Of a stretch of 64,000 bases of DNA, positions 11,288 through 24,602 are shown in pieces. The position numbers were made by a program, and so were the translations under genes. The stretch spans positions 434,001 through 498,000 of the forward strand of contig OZ287087.1 in the NCBI GenBank assembly GCA_965645245.1, in the 5' to 3' direction. Under the pieces are notes generated by a model that did not search any database, was not told the origin of the DNA, and was given only the letters and a program-made list of their open reading frames with translations. Source of the DNA: Massalongia carnosa (taxonomy: Eukaryota). Position 1 is the stretch's first letter, and the number at the start of each line of letters is the position of its first letter.

Positions 11288-14200
11288 TATGGTTTCCCAG
11301 TACCTAGAAAAGTTTTTCACATAGAAAATTATTACGACCTCCTTCCCCACCCACCTCCATCGCCCTTTACGTCCTTATATACCATTTTAATCATTGGATT
11401 ATTAATTCCTGCTTCAAAGAATGTCGCTCTACTTTGATTTCTAAGCTACTTCGAAACTCTTGTCCTGGAATGTACTTTGCTTTGAAATCCTAAGTCACGG
11501 CGTATAACGACCTCGCGGTTAAATAAGCTTTACCATTAAGTTATTGGAATTTGCCGAGATACCTGAATATTTGCGACCGAGGTTCTTTTGCCTCCTGCTT
11601 ACTAATTTCCAGTTTAGGCAGTCATATGCTATATGCGAAAAGCTTCAGATATCGGCACGACTTCTGCAACTACGAGGAGGCAAAAGTATGCAGCAAGAAT
11701 GCTACATTTCGGAGGCAATTCAGCTGTTCATGATCACTGAGTGTCTCGGTGTCTCCGGTCAGCAACGAGGTGTATTTTGCCCAGCTGAAAAGGTTCAAAG
11801 GAAGCAGGTTCATGCATTTGATATAGGCCGAGATGGAGGCCCTCAAGCAGTATAAAGAGACGATGATTCCTCATGTAATTTAGCTATTCAGTCGTTCAGA
11901 ATTCAGTTCAGCAGATAGCTAAATTTGGAGTATCTTCACTGGAAATACGGAGTACCTGCATCACGTTTGCCAAGCACTTCTCTTTGCCTATCCTTGATAG
12001 CCCTAGACCCTCTTCTCCTGCATCCCGCTGCCGTATGCCTGGTTGATTTTTTGTTCAACATAAGTTAACCGACCTATTAGCCTTGTAGGACGAATAGGCA
12101 CAAATCTGTAGTGAGAAACTTCAGTGCTTATTCTAGTACGTGTACGATAGAGGCACATTAATCAGAAAACGACAGTATAAACGCAAACAGAAAAAAGTAA
12201 CCTTTCCAAAAACGCAGAATAAAGAACGTAGCTTCAGGCGACGTCACTACATCACAAACCAAATGCTGTTCCGCTGCCATCAAAACGAGACGAATGCAAA
12301 TCTACGGCGGACGGTAAATACCAAACCGCCATAACGAAATTCTTGAGTTTCGAATCGCGACATTGCGACGAAAAAACAACGTACATTTATAATTCCACGC
12401 TTTCTTCTCTTCCCATTTCTTCCTCTCTATATATAAAGTTAGTATAGTTCAATGATGGGACTTCGTACGATCTGAAACATACTCTTCAACCTTGTCTGAT
12501 ATGCTTAAAGTGTCAACCTGCGCTGCCGCCTACTCTCGAGACAACTGATCATCAGGGTTGTCTTCTACAGAAGACAACGAGACGGTTGTCTCAATTGTAC
12601 GACGCTCTGACGCAGACGCAGACGACGAAAGAGGGAGTGCCACATGAGAGAACTGTTGCGTTAAGGGGGGAATAGGTCTGACGATCGCGTACACTCCGTC
12701 TATGATGATGATGATGATAAATTCTTACACCGATATGTCACCGGCCGAAGGCCGGCCCATGCGGGCGTGGTTCTATATGACTATTGTACATAGGAAAACC
12801 TTTTAAGGAATAAAAACCTAGTAACCAAAATTATCGCCTGCGGGATCCCCATGACCCCTCAGTGTACCTAATAACGTGTATCTGTGAGGTCCTTGAAAGA
12901 AAACGGAAAAGAACGAAAGAAAAGGGGAGGAAGTCAAACATTTCAAATGCTGTGTCGACGGGAACTATCCGTACAGCATGGTTGCTGCAATTGAATACTG
13001 TTTTAGTATATCTGCCCGCATTAACCATGCTGTCAGCTTTTTCAATTTTGCGGAATTTTCAATTATCGTGCGATAATTGTTAGTTTTCACTTGATTAAAT
13101 AATTCATTTCTTCCGTCTATCAGCTGACAGTGCATGATGACGTGTTTGGCCGTCTGCCTTGGCCATCCACATATGCACGCCGGTGAGTTTACATTGGGTA
13201 CCCTTCGGTTGAAAAGAAAGTTGGCTAGCCCGATTTTCTCCGTGCGAATTTGCGTTGCTAGTGAACTCTCCGCTTTTGCCAAATTGCTGTGAATTTTTAA
13301 TCTCTTTTTGTCAAGCGAAGCTTGTTGAGCTTCGGTGGGGAGTGGAATACGATTTTGATAAGTCGCCCATGTTGACTTCCTTATTTTCATATGATGCTCC
13401 ATGAGCCGCGTATAATGTGCCCGTTGGGCCGTTCGCGCTTCTCTCAGCTCCTTGAGATATTCTGGACTGGCCTCGTACCACGGGGGCGCGGAAGGCGGTA
13501 ATCTGACGGCGGCCTCTCCATTTAAAATTGCCTTGGCCCATGTGTGTTTCAGTTCTCCGGGTGTTGGCGGCGGAGTTTTTCTTCGACCCGCTCTTTCCCG
13601 TAGCTTATTAGCTATTATCTTGCATGCGGAGTTAGCGAGTGCTTTTTGCCCCGTGATTCGTAGTCGATATCTGGCTTTAGCCTGTAGTTGATCCAAATAC
13701 ACATCTATTGGGGCTATGTGTGTTTCTGCCTCCAGCACCGGTATCAGGGTATCCTTGAACGCTCCGGCGACTGTGCGTAGGCATCTGTTCTGAATGACCA
13801 CCAATTTGGACGTTATAGATTTATTTCTATTTACGTCTTTCGGTTGTGCCAGACGATTGAACCATATGTCATGGCTAGCCGCACCACCGCCGTTTATACT
13901 TGCCTAGCCCTAGCGAACGAAGCTCCCCAGGTAGACGTGGAAATTTTTGTTAAGGCCATGCTCTGCTTGACCATCTTCTCCTGCGTTTTCCGTATGTGTT
14001 GAAGACAGAGTATTCTTATATCCGCTTTTGGTTTGATTAGGCTGTTTTCTATATTAATAGTAGCCGTCATATCAAATTTCTTTGGATTACTAGATAAATG
14101 AATAAGCTCGTACTTAGTCGGAGCAAATAAGGATCCGTGCCGTAGAGCCCATCTTTCACATTCTCTGTGAATTCTTTCTAGCGTTCTGCAATTTTCTTGC

Positions 14201-15529
14201 GTGCTTTTCCCATATGCTAGTACATTGATGTCATCGACGAATCCGAGTCCGCTCGTTTTCGTGCCGGGCCTGTTACATATGTCTAGTAAATCCGCATTGT
14301 AGAACAAATACAGAATGGGAGAGATAGGTGAACCTTGCGGAATTCCGGTTCTCGCATCAAACTCGTCGGTGGTTCGTCGGTTGACTAAGAATGATAAAAT
14401 AGAGTTGACATCTCCTTCGTGAAGTCTCTATCCCAGTTTTCGTTCATCTCACTGGTGCGTTTTACGGCCCAAGACTATTGATGAATTCTACGATTGGGGT
14501 GAACGACGTCCCTTTCGCCCAGGTCAAACCCAGTTTACTCCTTAAGCATATATCAAGGGCGAGTCTAGCCGTAGCCCATGCGCCGGCGAACCGACGGGTT
14601 CTCGTTACGAGCGAGATAGACATTCCCTGCTCTATATACACCGACATGCGCATACTGTCCTCTCGGGCTATGCAGACGGTCTCCGTACGGTGGCCGCCAT
14701 TGCATACCACGCCTCACGGGTTTATTACGCCCACTTCGCGTTATTCATAAAGGTCTCCCGTTTATGAACCGACCATGTCTCGCAGGGATTTCGACCACTA
14801 TGCTCCTGACCAGGCAGTATAGTATCGATTTTCCGTCCCTACTAACCAAAACGAGTCGAGGACAACTCGGAGGGGTGCTCGTTTGAAATTCGTCTATTAG
14901 CTCAGGGCCTAGAGTGTTATCTATTAACGGGTTCCTCGTACATTGCCCTCTTCTTGTCCCAAGGGTGTCCTATTTGATGACTAGGTTGCCTCCACCATCC
15001 CCAGTACGACTCCGGTTCGGGCCGTGTTGCTCACGGTAGCCATCAATCGGATGGTTTTCATAACCCAAATCCCTTGTATCGTGTAGGGTGTGACCCTACA
15101 CTATGTGTCTATATGTTTTTTTCTTTCAGCCGGAGGGCTCCGTGTTGTAGACGAAGGAGACCCGTGTGATAGACATAGCTGACCCGTGTCGTACGTCTTT
15201 AGCTCTCAGCCGATGACTGCATGAAAGGACTTGAACCTTTAAGAGTATGACCGAACATTGTTAACGAGGTCTATGAAAATCTTATTAACGAGGTCTTCGA
15301 GAACAATATTAACGAAGTTCCGCTGAACTCTTTTCATTCGTTTTGTGATCCATCGAGGTCTACCCGTGTCAAATCCACACTATGCCCGTGTCAAAATACA
15401 TTATTTTCAGCTGATGAATGCTAGAAAGAACTTGAACCTCTAAAAATATGTACTCCGATATTAACGGGGTGCAGATCTTTCTTAACGAGCCCCCGCAGAT
15501 CCCCCTTTACAGGGACGTGTTATTGATTT

Positions 15530-15665
15530 GTGACTGTGTTTTTTGTGACTGTTTGTTTTGTGACTGTGTGTTTCATGACTGTGTGATTGTGACTGTATAT
15601 TTGTGACTGTGTGCTTTGTGACTGTGTGCTTTGTGACTGTGTGCTTTGTGACTGTGTGCTTTGTA
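15530..15665. repeat. Minisatellite, 15-bp unit GTGACTGTGTGCTTT
   Basis: About 8 degenerate tandem copies; a shorter inverted version lies at about 40305-40420. Confidence 0.85.
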
Positions 15666-16149
15666 CAACGTGTGATTGATGACTATGTGTTTTGTAACTC
15701 TCTGTTTTCCTCGATTTTATTTAACAGGCCGGGCCTATTAAATGGGATATTGTTATTCTGCTCCGAGATGGAGTTTTCTTGAGGTGACAGCATTCGCCCC
15801 GGTGCCTTTACGCGTTCTGTTGATCCCAGCTGATGACTGCATGGGGAGACTTGAACTCTCAGGAGCTAGAACGCGTGTCGACTGTGCCCGGGTGGGGGAT
15901 GATGCGGCTCCTTTGGTCCACATCTTCTTCCAGCTGATGACTGCATGAAGGGACTTGAACCCTTAGAAGCATGGTGCAGGGACGCGCGCATTCTACCCCT
16001 GGCGGTTGGCCTTCGTATCCTCTTCCGTACGTACGTCTGCGACGCGTGTGAACGCGTTAAATTAGTATTGTTTTGATGCGAAGAGATAGGAGCAAATCTA
16101 TATGTTTGACGGTCGCCCCACGGTGAGGCCTTTGGCGTCTCCGTGGTGA

Positions 16150-16262
16150 GGACCGATGGTCCAATGGTGTAGAAGGAGGAGGACCGATGGTGTAGAAGGA
16201 GGAGGACCGATGGTGTAGAAGGAGGAGGATCGATGGTGTAGAAGGAGGAGGACCGATGGTGT
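16150..16262. repeat. Tandem repeat, about 23-bp unit GGAGGACCGATGGTGTAGAAGGA
   Basis: 4-5 contiguous copies without spacers. Confidence 0.85.
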
Positions 16263-18279
16263 AGGATAGTGTCGGACCGTTCTTATTGATCTGGAAAATG
16301 ATGTTCTCCTTGTCTATCTAAACTGGAAATTCTAGCTAGCTATATAGACCATTTCGCCACATTCTTTCATAATCTAGATATCTTCCAGCCACTTCTATTT
16401 ACTAATAGATCATTAGTGATCCGGAACCCATGCGAGGTACAATGCTTTGAAATCATTGAGTATTAGAAATCAGATATATGGCATAGAAAGAAATAGCATC
16501 TGAAAGATCGAGGCCTCGGTTATTAGTCCGAAATCACGTGCTTCTCCTTCAACAGGATCTTACTTCGGGAATTGGCTTGAACCACGGTCTATTAATATCG
16601 ACAGAAAGCAATGATTTATGATGTGATAATAATATAATAATGTAATAGTAAATGTGAGAGTAATTTAAATGATCGACGAGGAAGGATGTTGCAATCGCAA
16701 CAAATAATTAGCTGCACCGCGAACGAATTGCAATCTTATTGATAATTCAATATCATCAAAAAATTCAATATACTCCTTCAGGGTTACACTCCGTCTATAA
16801 CATAATTAAATAAAGCAATAAGATTCTCACATATTTTAGACATTACGTACGATATCGGCATTGAGCCGAAGCATCTCCCCAAACGCAATTGGCACACGCG
16901 CCTTCTCTCAAGACATCTAAACCATAGCATCCAATGAAGGGCCCCGATCCTCGTACGCAACGCTTGCACGGAAGATGACGAAGAGCCCCTCGAGATGCTA
17001 TGATTAGAGCTTAAATATAAGAAGACCGGGCTCGTTCAATCTGATGTGCCTTGATCCCTTCCGCATGCCTTAATTGCACATTGCGACCCGTGGGACGTCG
17101 CAATAAGAAAACACGCAATTCTTCGTGCAAGGCATACGGAAGTAACTAAATCAAATTAGAAACATGAATAACAATATGAGACAAGAACTTACCTCAGGAG
17201 CTGCAGTCCGCACCATCATAGAATAAGCGAGAATGTCAGCGGCAGAAGACAAAGACGGCACTGAACATAATATATCAGTTCGTACGAGTCACTTACTGTT
17301 AGATAGATAAATGATATCACATACCGGAAGACATAGTGATGAGGACAATGATGAAAGAAAGAAAGAAGAAAAAATAAGTGAGCTAGAAGACTGCACATGA
17401 TGATATTCACTGTCACAACACGAGCTTGCGTTATTCACCCGTACGTTTCATTATTAGACTTTCATATCTATATAGTACTGAAAGAGTTACCCTGCTACTT
17501 TGGGCAAAACTACCTCATTCGGTTAGATCAAATCTATATATTACTGAAAGAGTTCCCCTGCTACTTTGGGCAACACTACCTCATTCGGTTAGATCCTACC
17601 TCATGCGGTTAGGTTTAACCCGAAAAAGGGAACGCGGCTTGCGGAACAGTACTGAGTTATCAAATAATGCGGAGAGGACGCCGTACGGAAAGGACCAAAA
17701 AGAGGCACCTCATTGCGAGCATGCATTTTATCGTATGATATCGTAAAACTTTGCAGACCTACTAATCACATCAACCATAGTCGATATCTCGAAACTTGCG
17801 TGCTTTTTCGCCTGTTTGCGGTGGGGGGAGGAGGTCTCTTTGCGAAGCATCAGATTTTCTTTGAAATCGTCCATAAGAGATTTAGCGCGGACTCGATTGG
17901 GTTTACGGTGCTTTTTTTGTTATTTACCTATCATCGCAGCTCTTTTCATCCTAGCCTTTTCATCGCAGCTCCTTTTACCGCTGAATATCAACGTGAACTC
18001 GATACAGGAATATTAACGGAAGATACTTTGACGAAAAAAATTGACGATGATATAGATAAGACTCGAGACGGACGAGCTTATAATCACGTCAAACGACATA
18101 TAATAGAAAATCGGGTTGGAAGGGAGAAAACGGAGTCGATTAATTTTAAGCTTCTAGAGTGTCTCATTATCGACAGCTTCGAGAAAATAGACGAATTCAA
18201 GATGCACGAGACCAAAAAGCTAAAGCAGCTATGCGAAAAGCGGCGGAAAAAGAAAATTGATAACGAGGGAGATAGATAT

Positions 18280-18840
18280 TGAGGCTATTCAAGAGGCTAT
18301 CTGATAGCTATTTGGGAAACTATTTGGGAGACTATTTGAAAGGCTATTTGAAAAGCAGCGGAGATTATCTGGGAGACTATTTGGGAGGCTAATTGGAAAG
18401 CTATTTGGGAGGCTATTTGGGATATTATTTGATAGCTAAGCAGAATATCTGGAAGGCTATTTGGGAGGCTATTTGGAAGACTATTTGAAAGCGGTGAAGA
18501 TTATCTGGGAGGCTATTTGGGAGGCTTTATGCGAGGCTTTATGCAAGGCTATTTGAGATACTATCTGAAAAGCAGCGGAGACTATTTGGGAGGCTATTGA
18601 TAGCTATTTGGGGGAATATTTGGGAGACTATTTGGGAGATATTTGAGAGATACTTGGAAGGTAATTGAAGGGCTATTTGGGAGGCTATTTGAAAGGCTTT
18701 TTGGGAGGCTTTTGGGAGGCTTTTGGGAGGCTATCTGGGAGACTATTTGAAAAGCAGCGGAGACTATTTGAAAGCTATTTAGGGGCTAGATGTGGGGCCT
18801 TTAAAAATCAGCGGAGGCTATCTGGGAGACTATTTGGAAG
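18280..18840. repeat. Degenerate 12-bp minisatellite (GGGAGGCTATTT)n
   Basis: Dozens of imperfect GGGAG[GA]CTATTT units over about 560 bp. Confidence 0.9.
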
Positions 18841-21800
18841 ATGCTTTGACAGATGCTTTGGCGGGTGCCAAGGAGGAGATAGCGTAGGGCCGTTGCGGAG
18901 CGAAGCGAAGCATGTCCGGAGCAGAAATCAGAGATATTTTGAGATTCGCATGAAAAAATAGCAAGCCAAATAGTAAGTAAATGAAAAGTAGTAGTAAATT
19001 AGATTTTTTCATTCGAAACATCTCAGGTCTGAGATGGCACTGTCTCCTTATATTACACTCTCGATTTCTATTTTAATCTAATTGACTTGCTTGGTTTCAC
19101 TCTACATATAAGAGTTACTCGTCCTTAACACTACGTAGAAGTGCAAGTCTTGTTCAGGTATCGTACACATCCCGTACGATTAAGTAGTGCTTGTGCTTGT
19201 GCTGTAACTTTAAAAACATACTCACTTTAATAAAGAACAATGTCAGTTTCTCGAGTCGTTCCGTCATCATTAAAAACATGATTCCCAAATATTCATTATA
19301 TTATTACAAGATTGCGCCAATGTCATTTGAAACCTACCGCTCGTACGGGTCATTGTTGAATGATGTATGTAGGGCTCGATGTCGTCAAACTTCAAATGCT
19401 TTCGCTTAAATTTTGAAGTTAGGGTTACTCTATCGTTTTCAATGAAGGTAATGGCTGACTTAAGCCGTACGAAACATAAAACATGTGTACTTAAGAAAAG
19501 CCACAACTAACAACTCCTTCATCAGCCTAATACGAACAGAGATTCAATGGCTCTGTTCTTCCGATTTTAAGTCCATCTTGGACCGCGTACGACGAGGTGA
19601 TATCGTTGTCAAGATGTGTAATGGGCTACGAGACCAGTAAGCTTATCACGAGCGACACTGATCTCGAAAGGGGAAATGCTCAGCGTGAGAGGAGGAAGAT
19701 AGCTACTACTTGCTAGTCTCCGAGAGTATATGTGATCCAAAGAACTAATGGATGTGGAAGGGCTTGGACCAAGAGATCTCGTCCGAGACCCAAACGTAGG
19801 TTGTTCATAGAATAAAGACTAATTGCTAACGAATACTACAAGATTCGTTCTGATATTTATCCTACTCACCCCAAGCCTATAGCCTTGGGAGCCTTGGAGC
19901 CTTAGGAGCCTTGCAAGCCTTGGGAGTCTTGCGAGCATTACAGCCTTGCAATCCACATCCGACTTTATCGCATTACATCCAACCATCCCTCAGGATCCAT
20001 CCACGAACTCGGCGTTCGCTGGATCATCTAGTCAGCCTCGAGCAGCCTTCTAGACCTTCCCTTGCAAGGTAGAACAATTCTACCCCCGGCTAGATCCCTC
20101 ACTACATGCCTCAGGCTATGTAGCTTCATTTCGCCGTCACCACTACCTAGTGATGGAAGGTTACCTCCGACTGAATACCTCGCTACAATGCGGACCTGCC
20201 TCTAGACACAAGGTCTAGACAACGAGGTCATATAGGTTCATTCAGCCGACATCACTACCAACGTAGTAATAAAGCTTGAAGCTGAAGTTTACACCGGGGA
20301 GCCTAGCTCAAGCTGCGTCCAGCAAGCCGTGCCTCCTGCTACCTCTCTTGAACCATCAAGAGATCCAGTAGCTCCGAGTAGGCCAGTAGATCCCATATAG
20401 AGTTCCTTGGCGTCTCCACAGGAGTCCGCCTTACACTCCATGGCAATCTACCACCACGGCCTCGACAGGTGTTTGATCTGTAAGTAGTCAAGAACGTGAT
20501 AACAATAACTCCGAAGTTTCGGGGCAAGATGGCAGTGTGTCAGCCTCGACGGCTTATGCGACTTCGTACTACGGCATGGTCCACGCTAGTTAATCCCGCA
20601 ACCGCCATAGGCGATCACGTATCCCTCTAGCGCCATCCGTATTACAAGATGGAAGTTGGCGGAGAGCGGACAGAAATGGTTCTTTTGCGTAGATTTTCCA
20701 CTGAAGGAAAAGAAGAATCGGTCAATTCTTCCTGTAAATTGTTAACAAGAGGATGCAACAACACGTACGAGTCATACCTTGAACATGCGCATCAGAAATC
20801 TATTCCTGTTTGAAGATTTTGTTCTTCTTGACACATCGTCCGAGTCTTTTCTTTCCAACTTGATTTTAGATTTCGAATTAAATCGAACTCTGATCTTGGG
20901 TTTTACAGGAGTCTCCACAGTGTCTTTGTCCGAGGTGTCTTGCGAGTCGTACGAGGTATCCGGTCTCACCGCAATCACCCACATGTTGTGTTCATTGATT
21001 GCAGACTTTTTAAAGTGCTGCAGATATTCAGTTACATCTCTAGCACTGAGACCCAAATCTGTGGCTCAATGTTTGTCTGACTAGTCACATGCCAAATACA
21101 CTTCTATGGCAGTGGATTTCAAGTCATCGTAAGATTTCATTTCTAGTAGGATTGATTTGTTTAGGAAAATGGAAGGATTGAACTCCGTATGCTCGTTGAG
21201 AATTATGTTTGTCATGGCTAATATATTAATATAACAACTCCTAACGGAAGAAACGACAGTATAAACACTTACAAACTTTGATCCATTTAACAGTCTTGCT
21301 GTTATCGGACAAATTATATTCTCGAATCACCAAATGTGCAATTAGCTTATGCACTATGCCAGAAGATACTTGAGATTGAGATCCTGTCTTCCGTACGCTC
21401 TTGGCTGGCAATCCAGCATGAGGTTTCAGAGAAACTTTGGACATTGGAATGGTTCCCAGTCGTTGATGATTCACATCCTTCCTATCTCAATACGTGGCAA
21501 ATCGTTTTGCATGCTGAACTCTACCCCGATCTTGAGCCGTTTTTACATTCTGAGCTCTCAGTAGGTTCGTACGAGATTCAAGAATCTCGGGCGAATCGTC
21601 TAAGACAATGGAATTTGCCATAGACTTTCCAGGAGTGATTTCCGCGTTCGTAGCAGCAAAACGTGTCGGATTGAAAAAAAAAGCAATGAGGACAATGAGG
21701 CAAGCTCCAAAAATCGTTATGCGCCACGGGCGCTTTCGTACAAATTTCTTCCCAAGTTCTGGACGATATGATGTTGAAAATGATATTGAGGACAATGACT

Positions 21801-22060
21801 CTTGTACAATTATCTTGCAATAGAAAGCACAAATCTAATAACAGAAACAAGATTTTCGACGCATGTTCACCGCTAAATCTTGCAATTAGTAAAATTGTCC
21901 TCGTATCAAACTACTTATTCAGTAACTGCATGTGGAACGATCAATCATATGACTGTGGTATATATTATCATAACACAGTAGTACGTCTGAAAAAAACTAG
22001 AACAAATTGTAACCCTGAAAAAATCCATCGTACGCTTACAACAAGTGAGCTAATCTCTTC

Positions 22061-23770
22061 TTATAACGCCATATGCAAATCCTCCAGAAAATCATCGTCT
22101 TGAGCGTTTTCATCTGGACCCTCCTCTACTAAATCTAGATCTTGCACCATTTCTCGATGCGTATGAACAGCGTCCTCGTCAGGCTGCCATTGAAACGTGG
22201 CATTTGGCTTTTGACATAATGTCAAATTCCGGCTATTGTTGACTTTGAATGTGATCTGATGCTGCTTGTCGCAGTAGTAAATACGCCACGTAATGCGTAC
22301 GATCTTGTGATTGATTAGGAAAAGCATCTGCTGCAGTGATAGTGTTGATGTCAATGTCAAGTCCTTGCATGATTTCTTGAACCCATTGCAAGGTTGTCGC
22401 AGGAAGATATTCATCTATGGCTGTAACATCATTAGGTCGCGTACGTGAAATATTGAAGTCATAACATGCTTACGCAATTCCGCCATGTCATCTTGCAAGA
22501 TTTGTAACAATTCCGCATTTGGCTGAAGGCGATGATCTTCTGTTCCTTCAGCGGGATAATTGTACAATCTGACAGGTTGACCGGATAAAGAATTGAGTCG
22601 CTGACGCTGTTTGCGTATCCTGTGTACATTCCACAATCGTACGAATCCAAAGATCTCTCGCCGAATGATAGGAGTATAAATAGCTAGAAATGCAATGCAA
22701 TCGGACAACATATGAGAATTATATAGCTTGTCTTCTTGCAACATGGAAAAATACGTCTGTAATGTGTTAACGCTTGTCATTGAAAATGTACGAAAGCGAT
22801 GACTTACTCGCCATCTAAACACAGAACTCTTTGTCAGTTGTCCCCACCATGCCTCGATTCGTTGATTCGCTATACTAGTACCATAGTAATAATATTCCTC
22901 AAAAGAAATATCAGGCGATTGCTTCTGCATTAACTAATAGTGAGCATTGGCCATCATTGTTGTCTCGGAACCTCTATCCGTACGAATGGTCTGAGGTTGG
23001 GTGTTTTCTCTTTGCAGAATATCCAAATATTGACGCAACACGCTGATACCGGTTCTATTTGTGATACCTACATAAGCGTAAACCTCAAGCCCGTACGCCT
23101 TGAGTTTATCGTATCTATCCATAGACCAAAGATAATTCGGTCCCGGAATAACGTATTCTCCTCTATATCGAAGCAAGTCGGAATAACGCAGTTTTATTCC
23201 CACAGGATCTAACGTACGAACAGCGGCAAACAATCTGTCACTGAAAAGTTAATAGTAACTTAAAATGACGAGTCTCAAAGATTTACACAGGCCGTGAGAT
23301 AATGTTTCCTTGCGTACGAAAGTGATAGAATAATTGTCCTTGTCCGAATCCATCAATAACTCCGGAATCTAGTTCCTGACGCACTAGTCTTTCTGCTTCA
23401 GCGTCTGCTTCCGCTTTATTGAAAACAGACACTGGTTTGTATATGCCCATAGATTTTCGAATTCGTTGTAAAGCTCGTGGTGCAATAGTAAAACCTTCTT
23501 GCACAAGAGCATGTAGTGTGTCTGCATCATTGAAGCAAGACTCGTACGTAAGAGCAATAATTCCTAATCTAAGACCAGCAGTATCTGAAGTTATAACATG
23601 TGTGCCAAGAATCCAGCTTTTCAAACGTTCGTTCAAGAGTTCTTCTATTGACTTGTACAGAATGATTTTGAGACAAAAGATATCTTATTTCTAAGACTGT
23701 ATGTTTTTATTGTATCAAACCTGTAACATACAGTTTGTATGCTTCCAAATCAATAAATCGTGGAGGCATT
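22061..23770 (-). pseudogene. Integrase-core transposase with introns, degenerate
   Basis: Fragments GPNYLWSMDRYDKLKAYG, IRTDRGSET, TSIANQRIEAWWGQL and WNVHRIRKQ in ORFs 23283-23636, 22934-23233 and 22415-22930. Confidence 0.7.
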
Positions 23771-24230
23771 TTTAACTTGTAAGGTGCGAGGTCGCGATTG
23801 ACAGTTTCAAATTTTCGTTATGGCGGTTTGGTATTTACCGTCCGCCGTAGATGGCGGGAGCTTCTATCCCTTCGTCTGGCAATTTGGCAGCCACCTTAAA
23901 TAGGCTTAGTGAGATACCGTAGGGCTGAGTCGCGAACTTCAAAATATTCTCCCCTTTTTTTGTAAATAAGAAGGTAAACGTCAGTTGAAAATCATTAAAA
24001 CATCTACAATTTCTATAGAATAATCATGAGAGGCATTGAGATAGAAGTTCCTGACCAATCAGACGCTTTGCGCCCCTCAATTCTGAAAGAACAGGCCAAA
24101 AAGAATAAACCCAGCGTACAAAGCATAATTGACTCCATGCCCCCTCTGTCATCAAATTATTGTCCAATTTCGATCCCATTTCGAAAACCACAGCCGGACG
24201 AGACGTTGCGCTTGATAAATCAGACTCCTT

Positions 24231-24602
24231 TGTCATGGAGTGACTGGGCACCTGCCAGTTAGTTCATTGAACCAACCTTAGCTGCTTGAACGAAGCTCTA
24301 GCCGGCTAGCCGATCCGAAAGGAACTAAGCTTAATCCGGTTTAATCAGGGCAAAGGTAAGTGTTCCGGCTGAAGGTAAGTGTTCGGACTGTCAATAGTGT
24401 CATAGCGATAGTTTCATGCCAGGGACTTGGGAAATTAGATCAACGGCTGGATTGGGACTGGTTCCGTTCGCCAGAGTCTTATACTCGCCCACGTTAGATT
24501 TTCTGTTTCTTTTCTCCTTGTCCAACGTCTTGTCTACCTAGCTAGACAATCAAGTAATACGTTTGCACCATCTGAATTTCTACCTGACCTCGCACCGTGA
24601 CA
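24231..24602. repeat. Solo LTR
   Basis: TGTCA...TGACA ends; 5-bp TSD TCCTT. Confidence 0.85.

Larger units (their letters stand above)
5607..11985. repeat. Segmental tandem-duplication unit, copy 1 (about 6.4 kb) carrying the kinase-WD40 / pseudokinase gene pair
   Basis: Collinear near-identical sequence recurs at 29521-42871 (partial, TE-interrupted) and 42872-64000 (TE-interrupted). The junction at 42871/42872 joins the equivalents of 11985 and 5607. Confidence 0.85.
12704..16784 (-). mobile_element. Chimeric retrocopy A: 2.4-kb noncoding 5' module fused to a 5'-truncated Tad1-like LINE
   Basis: 14-bp TSD TACACTCCGTCTAT at 12690-12703 and 16785-16798; (CAT)n tail on the minus strand at 12704-12718. 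LINE part 14384-12704 has GIPQGSPISP, GFVDD and a C-terminal CxC...H...C motif. Confidence 0.85.
12305..23847 (-). mobile_element. Large TIR DNA transposon with a degenerate integrase-like DDE transposase (IS3EU/IS481-like) and nested insertions
   Basis: About 35-bp perfect inverted repeats CGGCGGACGGTAAATACCAAACCGCCATAACGAAA at 12305 and ending at 23847, each flanked by TA. Transposase fragments lie near the right end. Confidence 0.7.

Noticed and set aside
10080..11350. Long alternative-frame and antisense ORFs over the WD40 arrays (also 31240-32177 and 63087-63896)
   Set aside because: By-product of a GC-rich 126-bp repeat lacking stops in other frames; Arg-rich translations with no recognisable domain.
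15200..15970. Hammerhead ribozyme suggested by repeated CTGATGA...GAAA
   Set aside because: No paired stem II or GAAAC/cleavage-triplet arrangement could be built, and the motif is antisense to the retroposed RNA.
18665..18961. Gly/Leu-rich 98-aa ORF
   Set aside because: Translation of the 12-bp minisatellite.
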